Shown: one piece after another, positions 34,547 through 46,137 of the stretch
How the letters are laid out: every line of letters begins with the position of its first letter
Numbering within the stretch: position 1 is the first letter of the stretch
Source: Polyangiales bacterium
Lineage (GTDB): Bacteria; Myxococcota_A; Polyangia; Polyangiales; JADJQN01
Reading direction: 5' to 3'
DNA: 64,000 nt
Assembly (NCBI GenBank): GCA_964202905.1
Contig: CAXNJO010000006.1
Span: forward strand, 128,001-192,000
Made by a program: the position numbers and the translations under genes
Notes under the pieces: model-generated
The model's input: only the letters and a program-made list of their open reading frames with translations
The model's database searches: none
What the model was told of the DNA's origin: nothing

Positions 34547-36022
34547 TCAGCGGCCCCCGCCGACTTGCGTCTGCGTCGCGTGCGGCGTCGGCTCCGAGAG
34601 CACCCAGGTGTCCTTGCTGCCGCCGCCCTGCGAGCTGTTCACGACGAGCGAGCCCTTCTTCAGCGCGACGCGCGTGAGGCCCCCCGGCAGCACGAAGACG
34701 TCCTCGCCGTAGAGCACGTAGGGGCGCAGGTCGACGTGCCGCCCCTCGAGGTGATCGTCGATCATCGTCGGCACGCGCGAGAGCGCGAGCGTGGGCTGCG
34801 CGATGTAGTTGCGCGGGTTCGCGCGGATCTTGTCCCGGAAGGCGTCGCGCTCGGCGGCGGTCGACGCGGGACCGACGAGCATGCCGTAGCCGCCCGACTC
34901 GTTCGCGGCCTTGACGACGAGCTTCTCGAGGTTGGCGAGGACGTGGGAGAGCTCCGAGGGCTCGCGGCACACGTACGTGGGCACGTTGGGGAGGATGGCG
35001 TCCTCGCCGAGGTAGTAGCGGATCATCTTCGGCACCCAGGCGTAGATGACCTTGTCGTCGGCGACGCCCGTGCCCGGCGCGTTCGCGAGCGTCACGCGGC
35101 CGCGCGCGTAGACCTCCATGAGGCCCGGCACGCCGAGGAGCGAGTCGGCGCGGAAGGCGCGCGGATCGAGGAAGGTGTCGTCGATGCGGCGGTAGATGAC
35201 GTCGACGCGCTGAAAGCCGCGCGTCGTGCGCATCTGCACGTAGCCGTCGAGGACGACGAGGTCGCCGCCCTCGACGAGCTCGATGCCCATCTGCTGCGCG
35301 AGGAACGAGTGCTCGAAGTACGCGGAGTTGTAGCTGCCGGGCGTGAGCAGCACGACCGTCGGCGACTCGACGCCGCGCGGGCGCACCTGCTGCAGCGTCT
35401 CGAGCAGACGCGAGGGGTACGCGTCGACGGGCCGCACGCGCGAGGCCTCGAAGACCTGCGGCAGCGTCCGCTTCATCACGCTGCGGTTCTCGAGGACGTA
35501 CGAGACGCCGCTCGGACAGCGCAGGTTGTCCTCGAGCACGAGGAACGTGCCGTCGCCGTCGCGGACGAGGTCGGTGCCCGTGACGTGGCACCAGATCCCG
35601 CGCGGCGGCGCGAGGCCCACGCACTGCGGGAGAAAGCCCTTGCTCGTCTCGAGCACGTCGCGCGGGACGACGCCGTCGCGGACGATCTTCTGCTCGTGGT
35701 AGACGTCGTCGATGAACAGGTTGAGCGCGCGGATGCGCTGCGCGAGGCCGCGCTCGATGGGCGCGAAGTCGGCCGCGTCGACGATGCGCGGCACGATGTC
35801 GAAGGGGAAGATCTTCTCCGTGCCGGCCGCGTCGCCGTACACGTTGAAGGTGATCCCCATCGTCAGCAGCGCGCGCTCGGCCGCCTGTCGCCTCCGCTGC
35901 AGCTCGTCGAGCGGGAGCGCCGTGAGCCGCTGCGCGAGCAGGGCGCTCGCGGGGCGCGGCGTGCCGTCCGCGTGGAACATCTCGTCGTAGAAGCCGCCCG
36001 TGTCGTAGCCGTCGAGCTTCAT
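34547..36022 (-). CDS. Circularly permuted type 2 ATP-grasp peptide ligase
   Basis: [73 protein letters not shown]. Confidence 0.96.
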   Translation of the reverse strand: MKLDGYDTGGFYDEMFHADGTPRPASALLAQRLTALPLDELQRRRQAAERALLTMGITFNVYGDAAGTEKIFPFDIVPRIVDAADFAPIERGLAQRIRALNLFIDDVYHEQKIVRDGVVPRDVLETSKGFLPQCVGLAPPRGIWCHVTGTDLVRDGDGTFLVLEDNLRCPSGVSYVLENRSVMKRTLPQVFEASRVRPVDAYPSRLLETLQQVRPRGVESPTVVLLTPGSYNSAYFEHSFLAQQMGIELVEGGDLVVLDGYVQMRTTRGFQRVDVIYRRIDDTFLDPRAFRADSLLGVPGLMEVYARGRVTLANAPGTGVADDKVIYAWVPKMIRYYLGEDAILPNVPTYVCREPSELSHVLANLEKLVVKAANESGGYGMLVGPASTAAERDAFRDKIRANPRNYIAQPTLALSRVPTMIDDHLEGRHVDLRPYVLYGEDVFVLPGGLTRVALKKGSLVVNSSQGGGSKDTWVLSEPTPHATQTQVGGGR

Positions 36023-36183
36023 GCGCGGGGCCGAGCCTACGCGGAGCGCGCGCGCGGGATCAACGCCGAATCGCCCCGATCTGTCGGTATTTCGGCCGTG
36101 TTTCGGCGCGATGGCCCGTGCGGGGCGTCGCCGGCGGCACCGTGGATGCCGTCGCGCGTGGCGAGTCGGGTATAGTCGGCCGC

Positions 36184-37992
36184 GTGTCCGCGCCCCCCGA
36201 GCCCCGCCGGATGCCGCCCGCGCCCGCGCCGCCGGCCGCCTCGACGAACCCGTCGTCGGGGATGCGCGCGTTGCTCGAGGCGGCGATCGCGGCCGAGGCC
36301 GCCGAGGAGGCTGCGGAGGCCGCGCACGACGTCGATTCGGAGACCGAGCCCGAGCACACGCAGCGCATGTCGGGTGAGGTCTTCGCGGCGATCGTCGCGT
36401 CTGCGGAGTCCGCCGCCGCGGGCTCGTCGACGTTCGCTGAGGAGTTCGAGGACGAGACGACGACCTTCGCCGGCGCGATCCGCAAACCGCCGCGCGCGCC
36501 GTCCGCTGCGGCGGCCTCGCCGCGTGCCGTCGCGCGCGCGCACGCCGGTCCCGCGCGGGCCGAGCCAGCGCCTGCGGGAGGCGCGCGGGCGGAGGCAGCG
36601 CGTGCCGCGCCCGTGTCCGCGGGGGGGGCGTCGGCGGGCACCGCGTCGGCGGATCCCGCGTCGGCGGGCACCGCGTCGGCAGGCCCCGCGTCGGCGAGCC
36701 CGGTGGCGGCCGCGTCGGCCGCCGGAGTCGCGCACATCGGGCGGTACGAGGTGGTGCGTCGCCTCGCGTACGGCGGGATGGCGGAGGTCTTCCTCGCGCG
36801 CGAGCCGCTCGCGGTCGGCGCCTCGCGCCTCGTGGTGCTCAAGCGCGTGCTGCCCCACGTCGCCGACGACGCGGCCTTCGTCGCGATGTTCCTCGATGAG
36901 GCGCGCGTCGCGTTGCAGCTGCAACACCCGCAGATCTGCGCGTCCTTCGACGCGGGCCACGGTGAGGACGGGCCCTTCCTCGCGATGGAGTACGTGGACG
37001 GGCGCTCGCTCGCGCAGATCATCGCGCTCGCGCGCGCGGGCGGGGCGCTGCCCCCCGCGGTGATCGCGCGGATCGTCTCGCTCATCGCCGAGGCGCTCCA
37101 CCACGCGCACGGCGCGCACGACGCGGACGGCGCGCCGCTGCACGTCGTGCACCGCGACGTCAGCCCCTCGAACATCATGGTCGGGCGCGATGGCCGCGTG
37201 AAGCTGCTCGACTTCGGCGTCGCGAAGGCGCGCTCGCACGCGACGCGCACGTGCCCGGGCATCGTGAAGGGCAAGTTCGCGTACATGGCCCCCGAGCAAT
37301 GTCGCGGCGCGGTCGCGGACCCGCGGGCCGACGTGTTCGCGCTCGGCATCTGCCTCTACGAAGCGCTCACGCGCACGCCGCTCTACGCGCGCGAGAGCGA
37401 GTACGCGACCATGACCGCGGTGCTGCACGAGCCGCCCGCCTCGCCGCGCGCCGCCGATCCGCGCATCCCGGAGGCCCTCGACGCCATCGTGCTGCGCGCG
37501 CTCGCCAAAGAGCCGGAGGCGCGCTTCCCGACGGCCCTCGCGATGCAGGAGGCGCTCGAGGCCTGGCTCGCGTCGAGCGGCGCGGCGGTGTACTCGGCGC
37601 GGATCGCGGCGGCGGTCGACGGGCTGGTGACGCGGACGCCGGACGCCGTCGATGCGCTGCTCGACGCGCTGCCCGGGCCCGCGGGCGCCGAGGACGTCGA
37701 CGTCGACCTCGACCCCGTTGGCGACACTGGACGCGTCGTCGCGGGGGCCGGCGCGGACCGGTTCGTCGCGCCGGTCGTCGCCGTCGCGGACGAGCCGATC
37801 CCCGAGACGCGGCCCGGTGACGGGCGGCGTCGCGCACCGCTGGCGGCGCCGCCGGCGTCGTCCGAGGCGACCCTGCAGATCGCCGCTGCCCGCGTCACGT
37901 CCGCGCAGGAAACCGGGCGACATCGCGGGGTTGCGGGCCTCTTGCTGGGCGCCGCGCTCGTCGGCCTCGCACTCTGGCTCGCGCTCCGCTGA
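36184..37992 (+). CDS. Eukaryote-like Ser/Thr protein kinase with a C-terminal TM helix
   Basis: [32 protein letters not shown]; low-complexity N-terminus. Start uncertain (36184/36211/36262). Confidence 0.93.
   Translation: MSAPPEPRRMPPAPAPPAASTNPSSGMRALLEAAIAAEAAEEAAEAAHDVDSETEPEHTQRMSGEVFAAIVASAESAAAGSSTFAEEFEDETTTFAGAIRKPPRAPSAAAASPRAVARAHAGPARAEPAPAGGARAEAARAAPVSAGGASAGTASADPASAGTASAGPASASPVAAASAAGVAHIGRYEVVRRLAYGGMAEVFLAREPLAVGASRLVVLKRVLPHVADDAAFVAMFLDEARVALQLQHPQICASFDAGHGEDGPFLAMEYVDGRSLAQIIALARAGGALPPAVIARIVSLIAEALHHAHGAHDADGAPLHVVHRDVSPSNIMVGRDGRVKLLDFGVAKARSHATRTCPGIVKGKFAYMAPEQCRGAVADPRADVFALGICLYEALTRTPLYARESEYATMTAVLHEPPASPRAADPRIPEALDAIVLRALAKEPEARFPTALAMQEALEAWLASSGAAVYSARIAAAVDGLVTRTPDAVDALLDALPGPAGAEDVDVDLDPVGDTGRVVAGAGADRFVAPVVAVADEPIPETRPGDGRRRAPLAAPPASSEATLQIAAARVTSAQETGRHRGVAGLLLGAALVGLALWLALR
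36628..36702. repeat. 15-bp tandem repeat (5 units) encoding an [10 protein letters not shown] linker
   Basis: gcgtcggcgggcacc-type units, in frame within the kinase N-terminus. Confidence 0.85.
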
Positions 37993-38040
37993 GGCGCGCT
38001 GCGCGGGTCGCGCGTGCGTGCGCTGCCTCGCCGCGCCCGG

Positions 38041-40704
38041 TCAGCCGAGCACGCGCATCGTGCCGCGCGTCACGCCGAACTGCTCGTGCGCGCCCACGCG
38101 CCGCACGGTCTCCGCCGGATCGATGCGCCCCGCGAGCAGATCCGCGTAGGCGGCGAGCACCTCGCGCGTCTCGGCCTCGGTCTCGCGGACGAGCTCGACG
38201 CGGAAGCGCTGCACGCCGCGCGCGAGCAGGCCGGGGACGAGCGCGGCGGCGCTCTGCGCGCGCGCGTTGAACACGGTGTTGCGGCAGCCCACGTCGACGA
38301 TCACGGGGTGCGCGTCCCCGGTGCGATCGCGCAGCGACACGGCGTGCGTCTCGCACGGGCGCCCGCAGGTGCGGAAGTCGCGGCCCTCGGAGAGCAGGTG
38401 CGCGTAGACGCAGTGCTCGGTGTGGAACGTCGGCACGTGGTGGTGGAGCGCGACCGTGACGCGCGCGGGATCCGTCGCCCGGAGCAGCGCGTGGAGCTGC
38501 GCGGCGTCGAGGTCGTGCGCCGCGGTGAACGACGCGAGGCCGAGCGAGAGCACGTGCGCGGCCGTGAGGCCGTTCGTGACGTTCAGCGAGAAATCGCCGT
38601 GCAGCGCGGGGGAGACCGAGCCCGGGGTGCCCCGCGCGAACGCGGTGAGCGCGCCCCAGTGCCGCACGAGCACGGCGTCCGGCGCGAGGCGCGCGAGGCG
38701 CGCGTCGTAGCCCTCCTCGCCGGGTTTCTGCACGCGCACCGTCGCGAGCGTCACGCGGAGGCCCGCGGCGCGCGCCCGCTCGACGGCGCGCGCGAGCCCG
38801 ACGAGCTCCATCCAATCGAGCTCGACCTCGGGGAGCCCGGCGGCGATCACGGCGTCGAGCTGCGCGTCCGTGCGGCAGAGCGCGAGGAGCCGCGGCGATG
38901 GGGGGGCCGCGGCCTCGACCGTCGCGAGGGGCGGGAGCGCCTCGAGCTTCGCGCGCGCGAGATCGCGGACGTGCGGGAGCACGCTCTCCGACGCGACCGC
39001 GCGAGCGGGGCCGCGCAGCACCTGCGCCTCGAGCGCCTCGAGCGCGGCGCGCCGCAGGGCCTTCAATTCCGAGACCGGCACGTGCAGGCCGGGCGCGAGC
39101 GCATCGACGTCGAGCGCCGCGAGCCGGAAGGGCGTGCCCCCGACCGCGCCGAGCTTCTCCCGCAGCGTGGCCGCGTCGAGCCCCGCGCCGCGCGCGGCGC
39201 AGAGCGGCGACGTCGTCTCGGCGTGCGTCGCGTGCCCGCCCGCCCGCGCCTCGAGCCGCAGCGGCGCGCCTTCGCGACCGGACACCGCGAGCGCGAGGGC
39301 GATGCGGCCCGCGGGCAGGCCGCGCTCGAGCAGCCGCTCCGTCCGCGCGGCGATCGCCGGGTCCTTCGTGACCCACACGCGCTGCCCGGGGGCGACGCGC
39401 GAGAGATCCGGGCCCGGCGTGCCGAAGCGCAGCGCGAGCGCCTCGCGGCCGCGCGACAAGACGCGGCGCTCGACCGCGAAGACCGGGCCGCCCTCTTCGT
39501 CCGACTCCGGGGCGCCGTCGTCGAACACCACGCCCATGCCCGCACGCAGCGCGAGCGGGGCCTCGGCCGCGCCCGTCGCCGCCTCGGTGCTGCCGCCGAG
39601 CGCGGGCAGCGGCGAGGAGACGACGCCGAGCGCCGTGCGCGCCGCGAGCGGGTCGCGCACGACGACGACCTCGTGCGGCCCGACCTCGCGCACGCGGCCG
39701 AGGTACGCGCCGCGGTGCTTGGGCGCGCGCCCCTCGACGAGGCTCTGGTGATCGTTGCCCGCGAGGAAGCCGTCGCCGAGACCGCGCGCGTAGCTGAGGC
39801 GCATCTCGCCGAGGTCCGTCGCGAGCTGCGCGACCGCGTCGTCGTCGGCGGCGCCACCGGCGGCGTCGAGCGCATCGACCCAGCGCCGGTAGCCGCCCAC
39901 GCTCGTCGCGACGTAGGCGGGCCCCTTCTGGCGGCCCTCGATCTTCAGGCCGTGGACGCCGATCGCCATCAGCTCCGGCACCGCGCGCACACCCGCGAGA
40001 TCGCTCGGGCTGAGCAGGTAGCGCACGTCCCCGAGGTCGCGCTCCGCGCCATCGACGACGAGCGCGTAGGGCAGGCGACACGACTGCGCGCATTGACCGC
40101 GGTTCGCGCTGCGGCCGCCCCACGACTCGCTCGTGAGGCACTGACCGCTCCACGAGACGCAGAGCGCGCCATGGATGAAGACCTCGAGCTCGACGCTCGT
40201 CTCGGCCGCGAACCGCCGGATCTCCGCGACCGAGAGCTCGCGCGGCACGACGACGCGCGTGATCCCGAGCGAGCGCGCGACCTCCGCGCCCTCCGCGCTC
40301 GAGATGGTCATCTGCGTGCTCGCGTGCAGCGCGAGCGCGGGGCAGATCGCGCGCGCGAGCAGCGCGACCGCGAAGTCCTGCACGATCAGCGCGTCCGCGC
40401 CCGCCGCGGCGACGCCGCGGATGACGCGCTCGACGTGCTCGAGCTCCGGCTCGAAGACCAGCGTGTTCAGCGTGACGTAGAGCCGCGCGCCCGCGCGGTG
40501 CACCTCGCGGGCGACCTCGGGGAGCGTCGCGAGCGAGAAGTTCTCGGCGCGCGCGCGGGCGTTGAAGCCCTCGTCGAGCCCGAGGTACACGGCGTCCGCG
40601 CCGGCCGCGAGGGCCGCGGCGAGCGAGCGCCGATCGCCCGCGGGCGCGAGCACCTCGGGGCGCCGGGCGCGCGGTCCCGGCGCGTCGTGCAGGGGGCCGC
40701 TCAC
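38041..40704 (-). CDS. U32 'peptidase' family protein, RlhA-like long form (probable Fe-S RNA hydroxylation protein)
   Basis: PEVLAPAG, GADAVYLG, HASTQM, ELEVFIHGALCVSWSGQC, NRGQCAQSCR, KIEGR; second Cys cluster HTEHC...CGRPC...GCRN. Confidence 0.9.
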   Translation of the reverse strand: MSGPLHDAPGPRARRPEVLAPAGDRRSLAAALAAGADAVYLGLDEGFNARARAENFSLATLPEVAREVHRAGARLYVTLNTLVFEPELEHVERVIRGVAAAGADALIVQDFAVALLARAICPALALHASTQMTISSAEGAEVARSLGITRVVVPRELSVAEIRRFAAETSVELEVFIHGALCVSWSGQCLTSESWGGRSANRGQCAQSCRLPYALVVDGAERDLGDVRYLLSPSDLAGVRAVPELMAIGVHGLKIEGRQKGPAYVATSVGGYRRWVDALDAAGGAADDDAVAQLATDLGEMRLSYARGLGDGFLAGNDHQSLVEGRAPKHRGAYLGRVREVGPHEVVVVRDPLAARTALGVVSSPLPALGGSTEAATGAAEAPLALRAGMGVVFDDGAPESDEEGGPVFAVERRVLSRGREALALRFGTPGPDLSRVAPGQRVWVTKDPAIAARTERLLERGLPAGRIALALAVSGREGAPLRLEARAGGHATHAETTSPLCAARGAGLDAATLREKLGAVGGTPFRLAALDVDALAPGLHVPVSELKALRRAALEALEAQVLRGPARAVASESVLPHVRDLARAKLEALPPLATVEAAAPPSPRLLALCRTDAQLDAVIAAGLPEVELDWMELVGLARAVERARAAGLRVTLATVRVQKPGEEGYDARLARLAPDAVLVRHWGALTAFARGTPGSVSPALHGDFSLNVTNGLTAAHVLSLGLASFTAAHDLDAAQLHALLRATDPARVTVALHHHVPTFHTEHCVYAHLLSEGRDFRTCGRPCETHAVSLRDRTGDAHPVIVDVGCRNTVFNARAQSAAALVPGLLARGVQRFRVELVRETEAETREVLAAYADLLAGRIDPAETVRRVGAHEQFGVTRGTMRVLG

Positions 40705-41795
40705 CGGCCGAGGTTCCCGCGGTCGAGGGCGTCGGCCGCGACCTCGCCGAGCACGGCGACGGCCATCCCGAGCGCGGCGAAGCGCTCGTCGCGCGTGAGG
40801 CCCTGCTTGTAGCGGGCGTAGATCTGCTGGAGCACGACGGCCGTCTTGAACAGCGCAAACACGAAGTAATACAAGACGTTGGACGTGTCGCGCCCCGTGC
40901 GTTCGGCGTAGCGCGCGGCGAGCGCGCGGCGCGTCAGCGAGCCGGGCGTGTTCGTCGGGCCGAACGGCAGCGCGACGAGACGCGGGTCGTCGCCTTCTTC
41001 GAGCCAGTAGCCGAGCGCGACGCCGAGATCCATCAGCGGATCGCCGATCGTCGACATCTCCCAGTCGAGCACGCCGACGATGCGCGTGAGGTCGCCCGGA
41101 TCGAGCACGACGTTGTCGTACTTGAAGTCGTTGTGGACGAGCACCGCGCCGCGCTCGCCGGGCCGCTCGGCCTCGAGCCACGCGGCGACGCGCTCGACCA
41201 GCGGCACGTCGTCCGTCTTCGCGTCCTCCCAGCGCTTGCGCCAGCCCGTGATCTGTCGCGCCACGTAGCCCTCGGGGCGCCCGATCTCGGCGAGCCCCGC
41301 GGCGCGCCAGTCGATCGCGTGCAGCGCCGCGAGCTCGTCCACGAACGCCTCCGACAATGCGCGCGCGATCTCGGGCGTGAAGGGCGCGTCGCGCGGCGGC
41401 GTGCGGCGCAGGATGCGCCCGCGGAGGCGCTCCATGACGTAGAAGGGCGCGCCGATCACGGCGTCGTCGTCGCAGTGCGCGAGCGGGCGCGGCGCCTTCG
41501 GGTAGACGGCGCTCAGCGGGCCGAGGATGCGCACCTCGCGGCCCATGTCGTGCGCGGTCTTCACGCGGCTGCCGAAGGGCGGGCGGCGCAGCACGAGCTC
41601 GCGATCGCCGGCGGTGAGCAGGTAGGTGAGGTTCGAGTGGCCCGCGGGGAACTGCGTGATCGCGAGCGGCGTCGCGAGCCCGCCGGGCAGGTGTGCGTCG
41701 AGCCACGCGGCGAGGCGATCGGCGTCGATCTCCTCGCCGGCGCGCACGGCGCGGGCCGCGTCGATGCCGGTCGGAGGGGATGTGTCGGTGAGCAT
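40701..41795 (-). CDS. Phosphotransferase family protein (APH / ACAD10-11 kinase-like)
   Basis: GHSNLTY, LRRPP, AHDMGRE, HNDFKYDN, LDWEMSTIGDPLMDLG. Confidence 0.92.
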   Translation of the reverse strand: MLTDTSPPTGIDAARAVRAGEEIDADRLAAWLDAHLPGGLATPLAITQFPAGHSNLTYLLTAGDRELVLRRPPFGSRVKTAHDMGREVRILGPLSAVYPKAPRPLAHCDDDAVIGAPFYVMERLRGRILRRTPPRDAPFTPEIARALSEAFVDELAALHAIDWRAAGLAEIGRPEGYVARQITGWRKRWEDAKTDDVPLVERVAAWLEAERPGERGAVLVHNDFKYDNVVLDPGDLTRIVGVLDWEMSTIGDPLMDLGVALGYWLEEGDDPRLVALPFGPTNTPGSLTRRALAARYAERTGRDTSNVLYYFVFALFKTAVVLQQIYARYKQGLTRDERFAALGMAVAVLGEVAADALDRGNLGR

Positions 41796-41811
41796 CGTGC
41801 GCCTCGCTCGC

Positions 41812-42873
41812 TCAAGCGCCCGGGAGGGCGACGGTGACGTCCGGGAGCGTCCGCACGAAGTCGCCGCCGAGCGCGTGCGCCGGCGTCGTCGCGCCCGCGG
41901 TGACGGCCCCCGCGCGGACCTTGGCGACGATCGCGAGGGCGGACGCGACGGTGAAGGCGTAGCCCTCGCCGCAGCGCAGCGTGCCTTCGAGGCTGCGGCC
42001 CGCGCCGTCTTCGACGCGGCCCCAGACGAGCGAGCGGCCGCGCTCGCGGTCCTCGGCGGAGGGCGGGCTCACGCGCTCCTCGACCAGCTTGCGCAGCGCA
42101 CGCTGCACCGGCGCCGCGCCCAGCGCGGGCAGCGCGAACCGGAGCGCGCGCGCCGCCGCGATGACCGCGGGCGGGAAGGTCATGTACACGGTGATGTCGG
42201 GGATGCCCGTCGTGCGCCACGCGCTCGCGACGTCGCCCCACGCGGCCGCCATCGCCTTGCGGGGCGCGCCGTCGAAGTCGATCGTGCGGACGAGCGGCGC
42301 GATCGGCGTGATGCGTCCGCCGCGCCGCGCGAGCGTGCCGCGCGGCAGCGACTCGAGCGCGCTCTTCGCGGTGCCCTGGCTGACCTTCACCTCGGCCGCG
42401 ATCCCCAGCTCGAGCCGCGTCGCGCCGGGCAGGCGGGCCGCGAGCAGGGCTGCGAGGCAGTCCGTCGGCACCACGTCGAAGCCGACACCGGGCATCACGA
42501 CGACGCCGCGCGCCTTCGCCTCGTCGTCGCGCGCGTAGCAGGCCTCGAAGACGTCGATCTCCCCCGTGATGTCGAGGTAGTGCGCGCGCTCGGCGAGGCA
42601 GGCGTCGAGCATCGGGCGGCTCGTCGCCGAGAACGGCCCCGCGCAGTGCAGCACGAGCCCCATCCCCGCGACGCCCTCGCGCACGGCGTGCGCGTCGTCG
42701 AGCGGGAACGCGCGAAAGGGCAGCCCCAGGCGCCCGGCGATGGGGCGGAGCTTCAGCGCGTCACGCCCCGCGAGCACGGGCTTCTGGCCCTGCTCGGCCG
42801 CGCGCTCGGCGAGGAGCAGCCCCGTGTACCCGCTCGCGCCGTAGATCATCCACTCGCGTCCCGAGTTCGGCAT
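41812..42873 (-). CDS. Saccharopine dehydrogenase-like NAD(P)-dependent oxidoreductase
   Basis: IYGASGYTG, CAGPF, HYLDITGE, GFDVVPTD. Confidence 0.9.
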   Translation of the reverse strand: MPNSGREWMIYGASGYTGLLLAERAAEQGQKPVLAGRDALKLRPIAGRLGLPFRAFPLDDAHAVREGVAGMGLVLHCAGPFSATSRPMLDACLAERAHYLDITGEIDVFEACYARDDEAKARGVVVMPGVGFDVVPTDCLAALLAARLPGATRLELGIAAEVKVSQGTAKSALESLPRGTLARRGGRITPIAPLVRTIDFDGAPRKAMAAAWGDVASAWRTTGIPDITVYMTFPPAVIAAARALRFALPALGAAPVQRALRKLVEERVSPPSAEDRERGRSLVWGRVEDGAGRSLEGTLRCGEGYAFTVASALAIVAKVRAGAVTAGATTPAHALGGDFVRTLPDVTVALPGA

Positions 42874-43002
42874 CGCGCGCGCAGCTTACACGCATGGCCG
42901 ACGCGCGGCCCTCCGCCTCGCGCGCCTCGCATCGGGCTCGTGCACGTCGCCGCCGCGCGGTTCCCCTTGCGCGCGGCGGGGCGCGCCCCGATGCTCCGCG
43001 CC

Positions 43003-43713
43003 ATGGCGGACAAGCTCCACACGACGATGGACGGGCGCGTGCTGCGCGTGCGGCTCGACGACGGGAAGGCGAACACGATCGAGGCGCGCTGGGTCGCGGA
43101 GCTCGCGGCCGCGCTCGACGCGGCGGAGCAGGGCGCGGGCTCGGTGCTCCTCGAGGGCCGCGCGGGTCGCTTCTGCGCCGGGCTCGACCTCAAGGTGTTG
43201 CCGACGCTCGGGCGCGACGCGCTCATCGACTTCGTGCGCTCGTATCAGGAGCTGATGCTGCGGCTCTTCCTGTTCCCGCGGCCCGTCGTCGCGGCGATCG
43301 GCGGTCACGCCATCGCAGGCGGCGCGATCCTCGCGCTCGCGAGCGACTTCCGCGTGATGGCCGAGGGCGCGTTCCAGATCGGGCTGCGCGAGGTCGCGAT
43401 CGGGATCCCGCTGCCGACCTTCGGCTGCGAGCTCGCGAAGGCGACGATGCCGCCGACCTCGTGGACGGGCGCGGTGCTCCGCGGCGAGCTCTACGCGCCC
43501 GAGGCCGCCCTCGCGCGCGGCATGGTCGATCGCGTGGTGCCAGCGGCCGAGCTCGAGGCGAACGCGCTCGCCGAGGCGCGCCTGCTCGCGCAGCTGCCCG
43601 ATCGCGCCTTCGCGCAGACCAAGGTCATGCTGCGCGCCGAGTTCGCGCAGCGCATCCGCGACGCCGCCGAGCGCGACCTGCACGAGCTGACCGCCGCGAT
43701 CCCCGCGGGCTGA
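43003..43713 (+). CDS. Enoyl-CoA hydratase/isomerase (crotonase) family protein
   Basis: DDGKAN, FCAGLD, GHAIAGG, GLREV; only one of the two catalytic Glu is evident, so isomerase-like. Confidence 0.9.
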   Translation: MADKLHTTMDGRVLRVRLDDGKANTIEARWVAELAAALDAAEQGAGSVLLEGRAGRFCAGLDLKVLPTLGRDALIDFVRSYQELMLRLFLFPRPVVAAIGGHAIAGGAILALASDFRVMAEGAFQIGLREVAIGIPLPTFGCELAKATMPPTSWTGAVLRGELYAPEAALARGMVDRVVPAAELEANALAEARLLAQLPDRAFAQTKVMLRAEFAQRIRDAAERDLHELTAAIPAG

Positions 43714-43770
43714 GCAGGCCCGTCACGCGTCGCGGGCGCCCGCGCGGGCCCGGCGACTGAAGGGTGATTC

Positions 43771-46084
43771 ATGGGCTACTTCGATTGGCTGCACGGGCGC
43801 TGGCCGGCGGGCACGGTGGAGGCGCTGCCTGAGGTGGCGCCGGACGGCACCACGCGCATCCCGGGCCTGCGCGTCGTCGGCGATCTCACAGGCGTGCCTC
43901 TTCTGAAGTTCGCAGCCGATTCCGGGGCGCGCGCGGTGCAGGCCATCCTCGCGGAGCCCGACTTCATGGCGCGCCGCGGGAAGACGCCCGGCGTCGTCGA
44001 CGTGGCGATCCTCGGCGCGGGCGTGTCGGGGCTCGCGGCGGCGCTCGAGGCGCGGAAGGCGGGGCTCGAGGTCGCGTGGCTCGAGGCGCGCGCGCCCTTC
44101 GCGACGATCGCGGATTTCCCCCTCAAAAAGCCCATCTACACGTACCCGAACGACTTCGCGCCCGCGGGGGGCGTGTCGCTCGAGGCCGTGTCGCGCGAGG
44201 GGCTGCTCGCGGACCTCGAGGCGCAGCGCGCCGAGGCGGGGCTCGTGCCGACCCGTCGCGCGGGTCTCGCACGTCGACCACCGCGTCGGCGTGCTCGTCG
44301 TGAACGCGCAGGGCGACGACGGCCCGGCGCACGTGAGCGCGCACCGCGTGATCGTCGCGCTCGGCCGGAGCGGCGATCACCGCACGCTCGGCGTGCCCGG
44401 CGAGACGCGCGCGGGCGTCTCGCATCGCCTGCACGATCCGGCCGATTTCGCGGGTCGCGACGTGCTCGTCGTCGGCGGCGGCGACAGCGCCGTGGAGGCG
44501 ACGGCGGCGCTCGCCGAGGCCGGCGCCCGCGTCACGCTCGCCCACCGCGGCGCGTCGCTCACGCGCCCGAAGCCCGAGAACCTCGCGCGGCTCGCGGCGC
44601 TCGTCGCCCGTGCGTCGTCCGAGGGCGAGGCTCCGCGCCCCACGCTGCATGTGCGCGCGGGAACGACGGTGCGCGCGATCGACACGCACTCCGTGACGCT
44701 CGTCGGGCCCGACGGCGCGGCGGCGTCGATCGCGAACGACGCCGTCCTCGTGATGATCGGGCGGGAGGCGCCGCTCGACTTCTTCCGCCGCTCGGGCGTG
44801 CCGATCCGCGGCGAGTGGCGCCCCGCGACGTGGCTCACGCTCGCCTTCGCGCTCGCGCTGTGCACGCTCGTCTACACGTGGAAGAGCGGCGGCGCGGTGA
44901 CGCGCTTCTTCGAGACGCGCGGCTGGTTCCCCTTCGGCCTGCCCGCGGCGCTCGGCGCGCTCGGCGACGATCCCGCGACGCTCCTCGGCACGCTGCGCAT
45001 CTCGCTCGGTCAGCCCGGCTTCCACTACTCGCTCGCCTACACGGCGGCCGTCGTCGCGTTCGGCCTCCGCCGCATGCGCCGCCGCCGCACGCCCTATGTA
45101 AAGGCGCAGACGCTCACCCTCATGGCGGTGCAGGTCGTCCCGCTCTTCCTGCTGCCGTACCTGCTGCTCCCGTGGCTCGGACACAATGGCATCTTTGAAG
45201 ATGGCGTCGGTCGATACGTCGCCGATCAGCTCTTCCCCGCCGTGAGTTGGGACCCGCACGGGCGCGAGTACTGGCGCGCGTTCGGCTTCGTCCTCGCGTG
45301 GCCGCTCTTTCTCTGGAATTTCTTCACCGCGCAGCCGCTCGGCTGGTGGCTCGCGATCGGCGGCGTGCAGACCTTCGTCGTCATCCCGCTGATCGTCTGG
45401 CGCTGGGGGAAGGGCGCGTACTGCGGCTTCATCTGCTCCTGCGGCGCGCTGGCGGAGACGCTCGGCGACGCGCACCGCGAGAAGATGCCGCATGGCCCCT
45501 TCTGGAATCGCCTGAACATGGTCGGCCAGGCCCTGCTCGCGGTGGTCACCGGGCTCTTCGCGCTGCGCGTCGTCGCGTGGACGTGGCCCGCGACCGCGCT
45601 CGGTCGCCGCGCCGCCGCGCTCTTCCAGACGCTGCTCACCGACTTCGACGTCCTCGGCGTACCGCTCGACTACTACCACTTCGTCGACGTCTTCCTCGCG
45701 GGCATCGTCGGCGTCGGCCTCTACGTCCACGTCTCCGGGCGCGTCTGGTGCCGCTTCGCGTGCCCGCTCGCCGCGCTGATGCATCTCTACGCGCGCTTCA
45801 GCCGCTTCCGCATCTTCGCCGACAAGAAGAAGTGCATCTCCTGCGGCGCCTGCACCGCGACGTGCCACCAAGGCATCGACGTGATGGGCTTCGCGAGCCG
45901 CGGCGCGCCCATGGAAGACCCACAGTGCGTGCGCTGCTCGGCGTGCGTGCAGGCGTGCCCGACGGGCGTGCTCACCTTCGGCCGCGTCGGCGCGGACGGC
46001 GCGCCCGTGTACGACGCGCTCGCGGCCTCGCTCGTCCCGCAGCGCGAAGGCGCGGCGAAGCGGCGGCTTCCGCTCGTGCGCTGA
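43771..46084 (+). CDS. FAD/NAD(P) oxidoreductase (TrxB-like) fused to a NapH/YccM-like 4Fe-4S membrane domain; +1 frameshift near 44255-44265
   Basis: GAGVSG, VGGGDSAVEA, several TM helices, YCGFICSCG, WCRFACP, CISCGACTATC and CVRCSACVQACP. Confidence 0.85.
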
Positions 46085-46137
46085 GCGGCGCGTGCCCCGT
46101 CGGCGGTGATCGCGCGCGGCGGTGATATCGTCGCGCG

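Noticed and set aside
38041..40704. Collagenase/protease function for the U32 protein
   Set aside because: The conserved Cys clusters fit the Fe-S hydroxylation role established for RlhA/TrhP/UbiU-type U32 proteins; there is no signal peptide or direct evidence of proteolysis.
40701..41795. Aminoglycoside resistance gene
   Set aside because: Motifs (LRRPP, AHDMGRE, GDPLMDLG) match the ACAD10/11-like metabolic phosphotransferases, and the context is lipid metabolism rather than a mobile element.
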